A stretch of 64,000 nt of DNA, from the NCBI GenBank assembly GCA_951406725.2, contig OX597823.1, positions 48,360,001 to 48,424,000 on the forward strand. Reading direction: 5' to 3'. Position numbers and translations under genes: made by a program. Below are positions 12,073 to 24,872 of this stretch, in pieces. This DNA is from Octopus vulgaris. Lineage: Eukaryota. Every line of letters begins with the position of its first letter. The stretch's first letter is position 1. Below the pieces are notes generated by a model. It was not told the DNA's origin and did no database searches. It saw nothing but the letters and a program-made list of their open reading frames with translations.

Positions 12073-14940
12073 CATGTACATATGTAGAAGTGTACATGTA
12101 TGAATGTGAGTGAAACAAGAAAACTTGGGTGATAGTTTTAAAACGTGGTCTGTTCAAGAAAGGATCTTGAAGAAAAAAAAAAATTAAATGAATTATGAAA
12201 TTCAGGCTAATTTAGTAGAGCAGAACAATACTTGATTAGTTGGCTGATTGGAGAAAACTTCAGAATCATGAGAGAATAAACAAAAATGTTCAGTGGAAAG
12301 GATCATAACGATTTAGTTGGAATGAATTTTTATAAAGTCATTGCTTCTAAAGAAAAGAAGAAATAGAAGAAAAAAAACAATATTATGCATGTGACTTGAA
12401 ATGAATCAACTTACTCTGGCTTCTACCTGACACTCAGCCTTAATCTTACTGTACACTAAATCAATTTTTATTACAAATAAATAAATTATCATTTTTATAA
12501 TCATTTAAAGTATAAAGAATTAGAAAATTATTAAAATAGACCAATTAATTAATTGAACTTCAAGATAAATAGAAAGAATATCCAATGAAAATTGACTTTA
12601 ATGGATAAAAGCAATTTAAGACAATTCTGAGATTTGAACTAAAAATGAAATATGCAGAAGTATTTTATTAAATATAGGTCATTGTCTTCATAATTATAAA
12701 GGGCCTCATAATAATTGATCAAGTGGAGTAAATTATGAAAATAGATTTCTAATATGATTTCTTCATGTGGAAAAGGTATGAATAAGAATGGTACAAAAAA
12801 AGAAAAAAAAAAGAGAAGACAGAGAAAAAGAGATGAAAACAACAATAATCTTTCCCTTTACATATATATATAATGAGATGAGTACAATGAAATCTGACTT
12901 GAAATCTATAAGCTTTGACAGAATATAATAAGCAAAGATTTCAGATGCAAAATTAAAGTGAAACAGAAAACTACCAGCATTAGCAATTAGCCAGCTCATA
13001 AAATTAACAATGCTGAAATTTAATTAAATTATATATTAAAGGATTATAATCTAAGATAAACAAAGATATACTAAAAAAATATATATATATATGTATATCG
13101 TTTACATTAAGAAATGTTCAATATATTAATTCAAAGAAATGAGAAAATAAATAAAGCAACCATAACTATTGATTTTTATGATAACTATTTGCTTTTGAAA
13201 TATAAATATACAAATACTAATATAGCAGGAAATTTGCCTTTATATTTCAGCATATTGAGAACTTTCTGAAATGTATCCAAGTAGATGAAATGATCTAAGA
13301 TTGGGGAAAAAATCTTTATGTAAATATAAGAGCAGTCAATGTGTAGTATTAATGGACTTCTCTGTTATGAACCATTCAGTCAATAAATATGTATTTGATT
13401 AATTTTACCAGCAACCACAACATGCTTTTAGCAAGCAAACTGATTTCAACGGAGACACAAGCCCTTCCATATCACAGCTGAGGAGATATCACATCAAACG
13501 AAATTCATGCCAGTTTGAGAAATTAAAACCAAAATTTCCTTAAGAGTTAAGCGATAGGTGCAGGTGTAGTTATGTGGTAAGAAGTTTGCTTCTCAATCAC
13601 ATGGCTTCAGGTTCAGTCCCACTGCATGGCACATTCGGCAAGCTTCAGGTCAACAAAAGTCTTGTGAGTGGATTTTGTAGATGGGAACTGAAAGAGACCC
13701 GTCATATATATATATATATATAAATTGGCTTAAGTCTTTCTTTGTTTGATTTGCATAATAGTGGTTTTGTCTCTAATTTAATATAATATAATATAATATT
13801 TTACTATAAAATTGGATTCAATCTTAAATCTGATTTTTCCTTGTAAATTTGGATTTATTCCCTAATATTTATTATTATATAAATATATATATATGTTAGA
13901 AGTATTGGGGGTGATGTACAGATTTAATATATATGAAAGAAAAAATATGTTCAGAATGCTGGATGGTTGTAAAAATATATATTTATTTATATATCACATA
14001 TTATTACTTCATATTAGCACTTTCAACTACTCCTGTAGTTTCAAGTACTTCGCTGGACTTTACAGTGTCAGGCCATAATTAGGACAGTGTAGGATAATGG
14101 AGCTATTGGTGAATTGCATATTTTCCTTACTTTCCCATCAAGTTATATTTATTTTATTTTATTTTACTTTGTAAATTTTTTAAAAAGTTATCGTTCGTAT
14201 CACTTGAAATTTTGCAGTGCGTATTAGAACTATAGCTCTTTTATTTGAAATTATCTCTTCGTAATTGCCTCCATGCTTATTAACTTTTATTCGTGTATAT
14301 TCTCCTTGCTATCTTTATTTTTATTTTTTATTTTTATTTTTATTATATTTTTACTCGTATTTTATTTTTACTCGTATTTACTTTTATTCGCATTCCTTTC
14401 GTTTTTATACACATTTTTTATACATTATTAAAATAGTATTTGTAAATTTAATTTTATTAGGAACACTATATATAACTAACATAGTTTTTGTAAATTTTCG
14501 TATATTTTTTGTGATTTTTATTCCTTACTTTATTTGCGTAACTTTTATTTCTGTAACTTATCTTTATTTGAATTTTTATCTGAATTATAGCTTGTACTGT
14601 GGAGTCCAGCGAAACTAAACATACTTATTTTGCAAATATTTATGGGATTTAAAAATTAAAATATAGTTTATTGTGTTGAACGTTGATAGGGTTGTGAGGG
14701 CCTGATGATTGGGATGGCATCTTGAGAGGAGATCCAGGGAAACACGGAGCAGTTTAGGAACCCAAGGATGTATCTCATGAAACATGTGTAACCAAAGAAT
14801 AAAACAGTAGGTATTTAAAATAAAAATAAAATTCTTTTTATTTGGTGAGAAGTAGTGGTATACTATCTCTAAATTAAAATATATTTCTTCATTGAGAATA
14901 ATTTGAACTTCTGTTATGCCGGAATTGTTATTCCCTAAAA

Positions 14941-14970
<30 letters not shown>

Positions 14971-14975
<5 letters not shown>

Positions 14976-15170
14976 ATCCAAACATGAAAACACAACAACA
15001 CGAGGACGTGGGACAAATATAGTATTATTGGACGCTCAGGAAAGAGGGAAAGAAGGAGGGTTTAACGTTTCGAGCGGAGCTCTTTATCAGAAACATAAGA
15101 AAAGGAAAGATCTAAAGAAGGGAAGACGGAGGAAAAGAAAAATCACCAACGGTACACACACGGTCACATT
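14971..15170 (-). mobile_element. Family A2 small element with minimal hammerhead (15060-15094)
   Basis: Minus strand reads GTTT-CTGATAA-A-GAGC-TCC-GCTC-GAAACGTT-AAAC. Confidence 0.75.
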
Positions 15171-15271
15171 TTGAATATATATTATATATATAATAATAAT
15201 AATATTAGGGAGTATGGCTCCAAACTTACAGGGAAAAATTAGATTTAAGATTAAATCAAATTTCACAGTAT

Positions 15272-15600
15272 AAATATGTAAAATATGAATTAGTGATAAA
15301 ACCACTATTAGGCAACTCAAACAGTGATAGACATAAACCAATACATAAATAACAAATAATGTAAATGTGATTAATATAGTATATAATATATATATATAAA
15401 ATTTACTTATTATATTTATCATTCTTTTTATACTCTTGATTATAAAAAAACTTTTTTTAAATATTTTAACTTTAAATTTTATATATATATATTATATATT
15501 AATTACATTTATATTATTTGTTATTTATGTATTGGTTTATGTGTATCACTGTTTGAGTTGCCTAATAGTGGTTTTATCTCTAATTCATATTTTATATTTT
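15272..15600. repeat. Large inverted repeat (about 130-bp arms, about 67-nt spacer)
   Basis: 15272-15405 is the reverse complement of 15473-15600. Opposite-strand ORFs share LFVIYVLVYVYHCLSCLIVVLSLIHIL. A third related segment lies at 13735-13885. Confidence 0.92.
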
Positions 15601-15660
15601 ATGTATATATATATAGATATACATACATGTGTTTGTGTGCATGTGTATGTATGTATGTAC

Positions 15661-15692
<32 letters not shown>

Positions 15693-16128
15693 CTTTGTGT
15701 CTGTCTCTTCATGTGTCCTTCACTACAGCTTGATGACTGGTGTGGGTGTATTTGCATCCATGTAACTTAGCAGTTTGGCAAAACAGACCAATAGAATAAG
15801 TGCCATGCTTTAAAAAATAAAGTACTGGGGTCTAATCTGTTTGATTAAAATTCTTCAAGGTGTTGCTCCTTCATCGTTGCAGTCTAAAGACTGAAACAAT
15901 GGAAAGAATAAAAGAATAAGTGTCAAGATATCTTCGTGATTGGGTTAATAGGTAAAAACACATTAAATTACACACACACACACTTTCCTATGTGCACATG
16001 AATATAGATACAGGACTAGCAGAATGATTAACAAGTTTGCCTTGCAACCAAATGGTTTCAAGTTTAATCTGGATGGACTTCGTTAACAGAAGCAGAAAAC
16101 AGCTCAGTGATAGATGTATGCATGTGCG

Positions 16129-16194
<66 letters not shown>

Positions 16195-16770
16195 CTTGTT
16201 TACATTTGCATCCATGAAAATTACTTGCTTCACACCTTTGAAGGTGTATGATCCCTAAGTTCAGGATCAAGCAAAGCTTAGTGACAGGAAATGTATCCAG
16301 CTAGCTCAAAATGATCAATAATAGACAAGTCTAATCAATGCTATCACAGTAAAACAGCTGTAAAGTGACTGAACAACTAAACAAATACATACACACTCAT
16401 ATATATTTATATACATGTACGTAATACATAATGTGTATATATATATATATATATATGATTGCATGATGATTGCTTCATCTTGAGAGATGATAGGCATCCC
16501 ATCAACACATGAACCACACCCCATCACACAGTACTCAATTGATGAGCCCTTAGATGACTATTAAAACCAGCTGCTGACTCACAGAGTTTAAAAACACAAG
16601 TGACAGATATTAAGTTTCTTCTATGTTTTTGCCATTTGGAATCTGATTCGGAATGTATGTTTTTGTGAGCTAGCATATATATATGTGTGTGTGTATTAGT
16701 ATGTATATATGTGTATATACTTATAGATGTATGTATTTATATTTATAACTTCATTTTATGTACTTTCTAA

Positions 16771-16895
16771 ACTCTCTGACGAAGCCTAAAAAAACACCCA
16801 ACTACCTCAATTTCATCTACTTATTACTTCAGTCTACTGGAGGGATAAAGGTAGAATGAGGTATTTTTGCCTCTTGACTGAAACAGCTGTAAGAT
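16771..16895 (+). ncRNA. Type I hammerhead motif with long stem II (family C)
   Basis: TCT-CTGACGA-AGCC...TACCTCA..TCTAC/GTAGA.TGAGGTA...GACT-GAAACAGCTGTA-AGA, with palindromic helix III ACAGCTGT. Confidence 0.7.
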
Positions 16896-17096
16896 ATTAT
16901 CCCAATTTCTATTGCTCTATGTTATATATTTTAATAATTACTGATATTTTTATATTTTATATATTATATATGTAAAGCATAATATGTTATACATGTGTGT
17001 ATATTGTTATAATTGTCCTTTTAGTAAATATATAAATTGACATAATGTCTAAAAGTTGATGAATACCACCTATTGATCCCATCCATCTTCTTATTG

Positions 17097-17132
<36 letters not shown>

Positions 17133-17279
17133 GAAACTATTGGTAGCACTTAAATACATGTATTGTGCTCTTTAAATAAATAATATTTATCTCTCACCAA
17201 ATGGAGTATTTTATTTTGTTGAATTTTATATCATGGGACAGTACATTGCATACACATACACTTATATTACCACCATCGT

Positions 17280-17500
17280 CATTATCATTTAAGTCTTATT
17301 TACCATGCTGGTATGTGTTAGATGGTTTGACAGGAGCTGGCAAAGTGGTGAGCCACACAAGATTCCATTGTCTATTTTGGCATGTCTTCTACAACTCAAT
17401 CCCCTTTCTATTGCAGACCACTTTACAGAGTGTACAGGGTGCTTTTTCCGTGGCACCAGCACTGACAGGGTCACTCAGTACCTTGCAAGCAAAAAAAAAA
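17280..17500 (-). mobile_element. SINE family 3
   Basis: Reverse copy: catttaa.tc...ccatgctgg...accactttacagagtgtac...gtggcaccagcac. Confidence 0.8.
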
Positions 17501-19559
17501 CCTCAACTGGGAGTGAGGAGTAGTATGACTTTGTGCCAGTTGAGAGATTTAAGGTATACAGGTGTCTTTTGGGGAAAAGAAGGAGAGTAAGTTAAAGAGT
17601 AATACACGCACATACACACACATCCATTTATGTATCATTTTAATGTACACACACTGTCAATAAGCCAGTTACTGCAGTATTTGTCTTGAGATAACGTCTC
17701 TTATGGACTTACTATGTTAAAAACACTATAAATATCATAGGTAGATGAAAATTCATCCCAGCAGCAGCCAGTAAAATCACCAGATGTATTTTAGTGTTTT
17801 TGAGACATTTTAATCATACATAGTTTCAGCAAGACACATGTTCAGAAGTAAAGGTGTCATGCTCTAAAGTGGGAGAAAGTGAATAAATTATTCACTGATA
17901 TTGTACATAGCCACATAGCTGATTAAAAAAATCATCCAGGTGGATGGCTATTTGCAACATCAACAAATGTTTTGAATTCCTATGAATACATTCAGTTTTC
18001 TCAGTGGGCTTTCTAAAGGAATACTATTTGCCACTTCTGTTTTCTTTAGTAAGTCAAATGTGATTAGGTCAGTAGAGATAATAATGTTTAAACCAAACTT
18101 TTTGAAGATTCCTAAGTTCTCTCTAAATATATACATAGTGGTTATTCATATTACCTGAAATTGCCAAGCTGTCATCTCAGTACAAACTTGAGCTAGAGGG
18201 GAGTGTATAATCCCCCATAATCCAATGGGATCTCTGTTCTCAGTTTCATCATAATTTTTCCTGGAAACATCAAAGAAAGGGACACCTCATTTTCCCACTC
18301 AGTAGGACTACCTCATATTCATGAGTATCCTTATGTTGAAGCCTCTAATCTTGGTATATTGCTTCCAAGAATATAGGGCTTTATGAGGGAAGGCTTTTGA
18401 TAAAATGAGTAAAGCCCATGATATTAAACTAAGTTTGTAGTTTGCTTTGTTCTCAATACTGTAGTTTTATTGAACCAGTACAGTGAATGATTGGATATAA
18501 TTGAGTACATCAACACGTGCTTACTAACTATACCCATCTTACATTTTGAAGGGTTTATCAGGACTAAAGAGAATTAGATTTGTTTTTCTTAAGGTTAATA
18601 TTAGTGAAAGTGGATTTCATGAGGTGCATGTAGAATATCACTACCCTCACCCCTCACCTCTTAAGAAAAGAGGAAAGTAACTTGGTTTAATTCTCTGTTC
18701 AATCTAGATGTTTCCACAAACATGGCTTTGAAATTCCTATCTCTAAGCAGACAGCATGTTTAAGCCCACACAAATATCATAATTTTTAATGCTCATAATG
18801 TTGAAATGACCTAATCTTGCCAAGACAATATTGCATGCTGCAAAAGGAAATAGCAAAAAAACACATATCTCCACTACTTTTATCCTAACCACTCATATCC
18901 AATTGCTGAAATCAAAGCACTTGCCTAATGAAAGGATTGTGCCTTTCCAGGACAGTGATTACAGTGACTCTCACTTCACCTGATGGTTTTCCAAAGTATA
19001 ACACCAGACTTGCAGCTGATTTCAAGGGAGGGTTTACTCACCATATGCATTCCTCTAGGATCAGAACCAGGAGAATTCTTCTTCTCTGTTGCAGTTTATC
19101 TGTTGATTCTGTGGATCACACTGTTCAACAGAACCTGAAGGTCAGTTTCTTTAGAGATAAATCTGAATGTTGTGCTCTATGCAGTTGTGTACTGAGCCAA
19201 AAATGACAAGTTTTCTTGATAAACAGAGGTAACGCTTAGTGAAGAATGTGTTTGACCAACTTTAAACTACTAGTTTAACCATTTTGTAAATCTTTACCCC
19301 TGCTTTCCTAAGCATGAGAGCTGAACTCTCTTACTACTGCCAACAATGAAAATAATTCCAAGTTATTATCAATTAATAATTTCTCTCCTCACTTTTTTCC
19401 ACACATCAAAAGCATAGAATGTGTTTAGAATTTTATTTCACACATGATGAGGTCTTATGATATCTAGAATTTATTTCACTTCTTCTGATTTACTATGCTT
19501 TGTGCATAATACATCTATCTGTCTGTCTGTCTATATAATTGTAACTACTATACATGAAC

Positions 19560-19750
19560 TGTTGCTGTTTTTTTTTCCTCCTTCTTTCTTTTCTTTTGGA
19601 CTTTCCTATGTTTCCTGTTTCTGATGAAGAGCTTTGCTCAAAAGGTAAAACAACCACTCTTTCTTTCCTTCTCTGACCTCTTATTAATACTTTGCCTGTA
19701 CCACATCTTTATGTTGTTGTTGTTTTTTGTCTTGTCTTTTTTTATCTTTT
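19560..19750 (+). mobile_element. Family A2 small element with hammerhead motif (19617-19651)
   Basis: GTTT-CTGATGA-A-GAGC-TTT-GCTC-AAAAGGTA-AAAC. Confidence 0.65.
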
Positions 19751-20880
19751 TTTATTAATTATATATATATATATATATGTATGTATATTGTTGCGAATTG
19801 AAGTAAGGAAGACTGTAAAGAGGAGCAGATTTGATTATAAGCCATTAAATTTTGCAGCTGGAAATGCATCAGTCTTTTAAACTCCAGATGTATTTCAAAC
19901 TTACTATTACTGTTCTTTTATCTTCATGTCTGAATATGTTAGTATGCTGATTGTATCTGGATTTGAATAAATTGTTGGTAAGGCCTATATAGAATTTTGT
20001 GTCACTTTTATCATCTGTAGAAATCTTGGTACAGTAAATGAAACTTTTCAGAATGCATCTATCTTATGGAGAGCCTGTACTCTTGTTAAGGATGATGCAC
20101 TAAGGTGAGGAATCATTTGGTTGAGAGGGACCCAATTTCTTCCTATCAATTGAAACTAAAAAAGAGGTGCAGCTGTAACTTACATATCCATGTGGCCATA
20201 ACTTACAACTGCATGTATACATGCAGCTATAACTTATGTTGAAGTTATATCTGTTGAAAATTTTGTGCCACTACTGGTTGCTAGGGAAGTGTTTACTGAC
20301 TAAATTTAGGAAGAAACTGACAATCTCATTTGTTACAAACTGAAATTGGGTTATACCATACAGTCTTCCATTTCCTGGCGCTTCTAGCATTAAGAGCTCC
20401 TTTCAGAGAGATGTATTCCATTCAAGCCTCTTCTGCCCAGGGATTCACTATAAAATATAGCAGCATGATTAAAAACGTCCTCATTAGATGGTATTTTAGA
20501 AGTCCTTTTACTAATTGCTTCTGGGTTGATATTTACAGAATATTATGCTGGAGGTCAGATTTTGATTTTCTATAGGAGGTGCAAATGCATAAAGTTAGAT
20601 ACACAGCAATATCTAAAAAATTTACCAAGTTAGTATTAGTACTCAGTAATCCTGTGGTCAAAGTTCCAGAAAGTATTAATTAAATCTTTTCTAATGTCTA
20701 ATTAAAGTCTGTTTTATCATCTGCAAATATTAAACCATCATCTCTATACAATCCTAATTATATAAAACTGACTCTAGATAGCTGGTTGTCAAAAATAAAT
20801 AACCCTATGAGATTGCAGATTTTGGCTCTCCCATAGTCCTCAGCCACTATGCCTCACCTGGAAACCATCATCAAAATATA

Positions 20881-21113
20881 CAGGGTGTTCAAAAAGTCTC
20901 TCTGCAGTGAATTGTTTTCTCCAAGATGTATTTCAAAACGTGTAGAAGAATCAATTTATGCACTGAAAATGAAGGACAATACTTTCAACACTTCTTATAA
21001 AGTTTTTTAAAGTCTTGTAAAGTCTAATATATTCTTTTGTAGTCTTTTACCATCTTATAAATATTCATTTTCCTATAAAATACTTACTGCAGAGACACTT
21101 TTTGAACACCCTG
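20881..21113 (+). mobile_element. Tc1/mariner-derived MITE
   Basis: TIRs CAGGGTGTTCAAAAAGTCTCTCTGCAGT / ACTGCAGAGACACTTTTTGAACACCCTG with TA on both sides. Retains the transposase-like end RINLCTENEGQYFQHFL*. Confidence 0.93.
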
Positions 21114-21172
21114 TAGAAGGGAGGTTTGGTGTATATAACGAATTTCATCTTTAGGTATGTGGTACTATCATA

Positions 21173-22443
21173 CAAGGCTTGACTGAAAAGTTCATAGGCT
21201 GACTTTGAAGGAGTAATGCTAGAGCTGTGAAATCTTACATGCATTCATTTCAACACCTTCACTAATAACTGAATTGTTTCTTTCCAGGTAAACAGACATT
21301 TGACTGTTCAAAGAAGACTTCAAAAGTAACTAGTAGCGACTTCTCTTGAAAATGGACAAAATTTAGTACCATGAAGTAATCAAGAACCTGCAGAAAAAGG
21401 GTTTATCTACCAAGGGCATTAATGCTCACATGGTTGCTACTTTGGAGGATGGTGCTCCAGATTTATCAACAGTGCAAAAGTGGACAGCTGGATTTAGGAA
21501 AAGAAGAGATAGTCTTGAAGATGATCCAAGGTCTGGACATCCTGCAACTGCCACCATTGAGGAAAACATTGTGTTCAAAACATGGTGTTGAATGACAGGT
21601 CACTGACTATAAATCAAATAGCCAATGCTATTAATATATCCCATGAGAGAGTTCAGAATATTCTATACAATGAAGGTTTCTGCTTGGTGAGTGTCAGGTC
21701 TTCTGAAACCTGGTCTAAAGCACCCCAGGCTGATCACAGCCTGGGAAAATCTGACATTATTTCAGGCAAATCTAGCTGATTTGCTTGAACATTTCCTAAT
21801 CCAGGATGAGTGTTGGTTTCATCACTTTGAGCCAGAAACAAAGAGACAATCCATGCAGTAGAAACACCCCTCATCACCTGCTCCAAAGAAGAAGGTCATT
21901 TCATCTGCAAGGAAGATGATGACCCCAGTTTTTTGGGATGTAAGAGATATTGTGCTCATTGACTATCTTCAAAAGGGCCACACCATCAATGGAAAGTACT
22001 ATGCCAACTTGCAGAGATAGTTAGAAAAGGCTATCATGACCAAGTGCCCAGGAAAACTGACAAAAAGGGTTGTTTCATCAGGACACTGCTCCAGCACACA
22101 AGTCCCTGCTTTCAATGGAAGCTGTGCATGACTGTGGCTTTGAACTGGTTGATCACCCTTCCTATTCTCATGATTTGACCCCATTTGACTATCATCTGTA
22201 CCCCAATATGAAAAAAACACTTGGTTGGGAACCAGTATCACAGAGTTGATGATGTCATATTTGTGGTTGATGACTTGTTTTGAACAAGTGGATGAAAGCT
22301 TCTTCACCAATGGAATCTAAGCATTGCAATACCAATGAAAGAGTGTTGTACTGCAAGGGGGTCTATATTGAGAAATAAACCTAATTTGGTCACATTCTAC
22401 GAACGTATATACTTTAGCCAATAAACTTCTCAATTGACCCTCA
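21173..22443 (+). mobile_element. Full-length (about 1.27 kb) mariner element, irritans/Himar1-like
   Basis: Imperfect TIRs (CAAGGCTTGACTGAAAAGTTCATAGGCT / AGCCAATAAACTTCTCAATTGACCCTCA) with TA flanks. Confidence 0.93.
21352..22378 (+). pseudogene. Mariner DD34D transposase pseudogene
   Basis: MDKI*YHEVIKNLQKKG..APDLSTVQKW..FRKRRDSLEDDPRSGHP; QDECWFHHFEPETKRQSMQ*; VFWD..IDYLQKGHTINGKYYANL; HQDTAPAH; HPSYSHDLTPFDYHLYPNMKK; ends YIEK*. Confidence 0.95.
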
Positions 22444-23718
22444 TATCTGTGGGGAAAATATAAAGCTTTCATTAAAATGCTTTACATTACAGAAGGATAA
22501 AACATAATGATGTCACATTGAGGAAATGTTCAGTCAAATTTGTCTTATAACTTATCAGTCCAATCTATCTTTGGAAATATTCTTCCAAAGGTGGAAGGTA
22601 GTAGATTGCATAATTCTGTCATTAATTTTATCATAGTTAATCTAATTCATTTATAGTTGGGTTAATAAGCCTGCATTTAGAGGCAGCTAAACAATTGGGT
22701 TTATATTCTTTTAAAGTGATACAGGGGTATCTAAAGAGTGGAGCATTCAACTCTGCCATCAATTTTGATTCTGATGCTAATTGCTTTGCATCCTTATTTA
22801 AATTGTAGTACACATTACAGTTAGGTTTCTTTTATATATAAGTTTTTGTAATATTACCAGAGGGGACTGGAAGTATCCAAAATAGTTTTGTGGAACCCAC
22901 TTCATGGTGATGTAAGAAGAGAACATCATCACACTTGCATCAACAACTTAATTGCAGACACTGGCTTGGAATGTATCCAGAACCTCAAGGCAGTGATGAT
23001 GGACTGAGAAGAGTGGCGCGTGGACTTTGTGGTTGCAGCCTAGGTTGGAACCTGGCCATGATAATAAATAATACTAGAGAACAGTTAATTTTGCAGAACT
23101 TCCTTAACCTCATAAATATTTTTGTTCTGTATGAGGTTACATGCAATTTATCAGTTATAGAAATGCATCAGAAAACTTCATAAGAATCTTTCTGAAAGTG
23201 TTAGATAATAATTTAAATCTTATTTTCTTTCTCAGAATTAGTAAATTATGTTTGAAGGCCTTCAATGCCTTAATCTGTGATAAGCAAAACTGATTTTACC
23301 ACCAGAAAAATCTTCATAGTATGCTTTTTGGATGAACTATGCCTTCTAGCAAATCTGTTTGATGAGATGCTTGCATATTTTCAATGAGCTTCTTCAAATA
23401 TACATTTCTTAAGGGTATTAAGATATTCTTCATAGAATATCGGTTAAGATATTGCTCCATACCAGCTCAGAGTGTCTGAATTTGTAAATAAAACTCAACA
23501 ATTAAGGAGAAGTAAAAATGTCTAGACATACAAACAAGATAAATGGAATTTAAAATATCAATATATATATATATATATATATATATAAGATGATGGTGAT
23601 GATTTGTATCATATCTAACTGGAAGAAGTTACTAAATCACTCAAGGGATGATTAAAAATAATAGAAAAATATATACACTCTCATATACACTCATGTTTAT
23701 CCTGCATAGACTACTAAA

Positions 23719-23765
<47 letters not shown>

Positions 23766-23769
23766 AGTT

Positions 23770-23856
23770 AAGACCCTGAAGAAGTTGCACCATTTTATAG
23801 TAGGGTTGTAATTGCAACGATTGCTAATCAGTGCAATTAAAACATGTCTTGGTCTT
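23770..23856 (+). ncRNA. Degenerate type I hammerhead motif (family D)
   Basis: AAGACC-CTGAAGA-AGTTGCAC...GTGCAATT-AAAACATGTCTT-GGTCTT: 6-bp stem I and 8-bp stem II, with the GAAA strand mutated. Directly follows (TA)n. Confidence 0.65.
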
Positions 23857-24163
23857 ACAAGGCAGTATGTAATTATAGAATTAAAGGTAATGCTCTTGCT
23901 ACTTTGGAGTAATCCTTATTTTAAATATATACACACACACACGTTTCTATGGTTGGATGACCTTCCTAATACCGTGTGTGTGTGTGTGTGTATACATCAC
24001 AACTGTCCGACAAACAGGAACATGAAACTCTGTTACTCAGAGTTTCATGAGATAATTTTGCAGCTTTAATAAAATGTAATATTACTCTACCTTCGCTATT
24101 CAAGTACTATTTTTCTCACCTTGTTTAGCACTTATGTGCTCACCCCTGTGTGTGTATATATTT

Positions 24164-24196
<33 letters not shown>

Positions 24197-24649
24197 AACA
24201 TATATACACATACATGTATGCATGTATCTATTCATCATTCATTTCCTGCCCATTTTTTCCATGCTTGCAGAGGTTAGATGAATACCTTATTGAAATACTG
24301 CTTTTAGAGCCAGTTGTTTTCCAAGTAAGATCACTTTTATTTGCAGAAACAAAGCAAGCAGGTGATCTCTTGACAGAACTTACAACAAACACAACAACAA
24401 CAATAACAACATTATACATTACAACTTTTGTACAAGCAATTACAGATATAAAGAAACACACAGAAACATGCGCCACACACATTCTAACATACACACACAT
24501 GTCCACAATGGTCTTCTATAAGTTTCCATCTATGAAATCTACTTACAAAAAAGCTTGGTCAATCAGGGGCTATAGTAAAAGACATTTACTCAAGATACTA
24601 CGCAATGGGATTAAAACCAAAACGACAAAATCATCCAACTGGGACTAAG

Positions 24650-24684
<35 letters not shown>

Positions 24685-24717
24685 TATACGTTATGTATAT
24701 ATATATATACATATATA

Positions 24718-24872
24718 TGCGGAGTGGTTGGCGTTAGGAAGGGCATCCAGCTGTAGAAACACTGCCAGATCAGACTGGAGTTTGGTGCAGCCCCTGGCTT
24801 CCCAGACCCCGGTCGAACCGTCCAACCTGTGCTAGCGCGGAAAACAGACGTTAAACGATGATGATGATGATG
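24718..24872 (+). mobile_element. SINE family 3, young 5'-truncated copy
   Basis: CpG-rich gcggagtggttggcgttaggaagggcatccagctg...gacgttaaac(gat)n. Confidence 0.9.

Larger units (their letters stand above)
13556..15915 (+). mobile_element. SINE family 1 split by about 1.9 kb of insertions in its internal microsatellite (head 13556-13705, tail about 15690-15915)
   Basis: The head ends gaaactgaaagagacccgtc(at)n. The tail resumes after (TG)n with gcttgatgactggtgtgggtg...gactgaaacaa. Confidence 0.75.
19790..23460 (-). mobile_element. Nearly full-length decayed Penelope-like retroelement (RT plus C-terminal GIY-YIG), interrupted by two Tc1/mariner elements
   Basis: Collinear peptides: MEQYLNRYSMKNILIPLRNVYLKKLIE (from 23460), ITLKEYKPN..KCRLINP, WKN, FPQCDIIMFYPSV (22.45-22.75 kb), GRAKICNLIGLFI..LGLYRDDGLI (20.73-20.84 kb), VNFLDI, VWYNP, KHFP..KIFNRYNFNISYSCM, FYIGLTNNLFKSRYNQHTNIFRHE..KYIWSLKD (19.87-20.0 kb). 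Many stops and frameshifts. Confidence 0.92.

Noticed and set aside
13474-13515. CTGAGGA..CGAAA hammerhead candidate
   Set aside because: Stem II does not abut GAAA and there is no helix III or NUH pairing; at best a heavily decayed copy.
18928-19206. 92-aa ORF, and similarly 59105-59380 and 59842-60183
   Set aside because: No recognisable motif, and lengths are compatible with chance.
19790-23460. Selenocysteine read-through in the Penelope-like ORF (as in Naiad elements)
   Set aside because: Interruptions include TAA, TAG and frameshifts, and the endonuclease is C-terminal, so ordinary decay explains them.
24005-24050. 12-bp hairpin CATGAAACTCTG/CAGAGTTTCATG as a hammerhead
   Set aside because: The hairpin is real, but the upstream CCGACAA is a poor core and stem II is absent.
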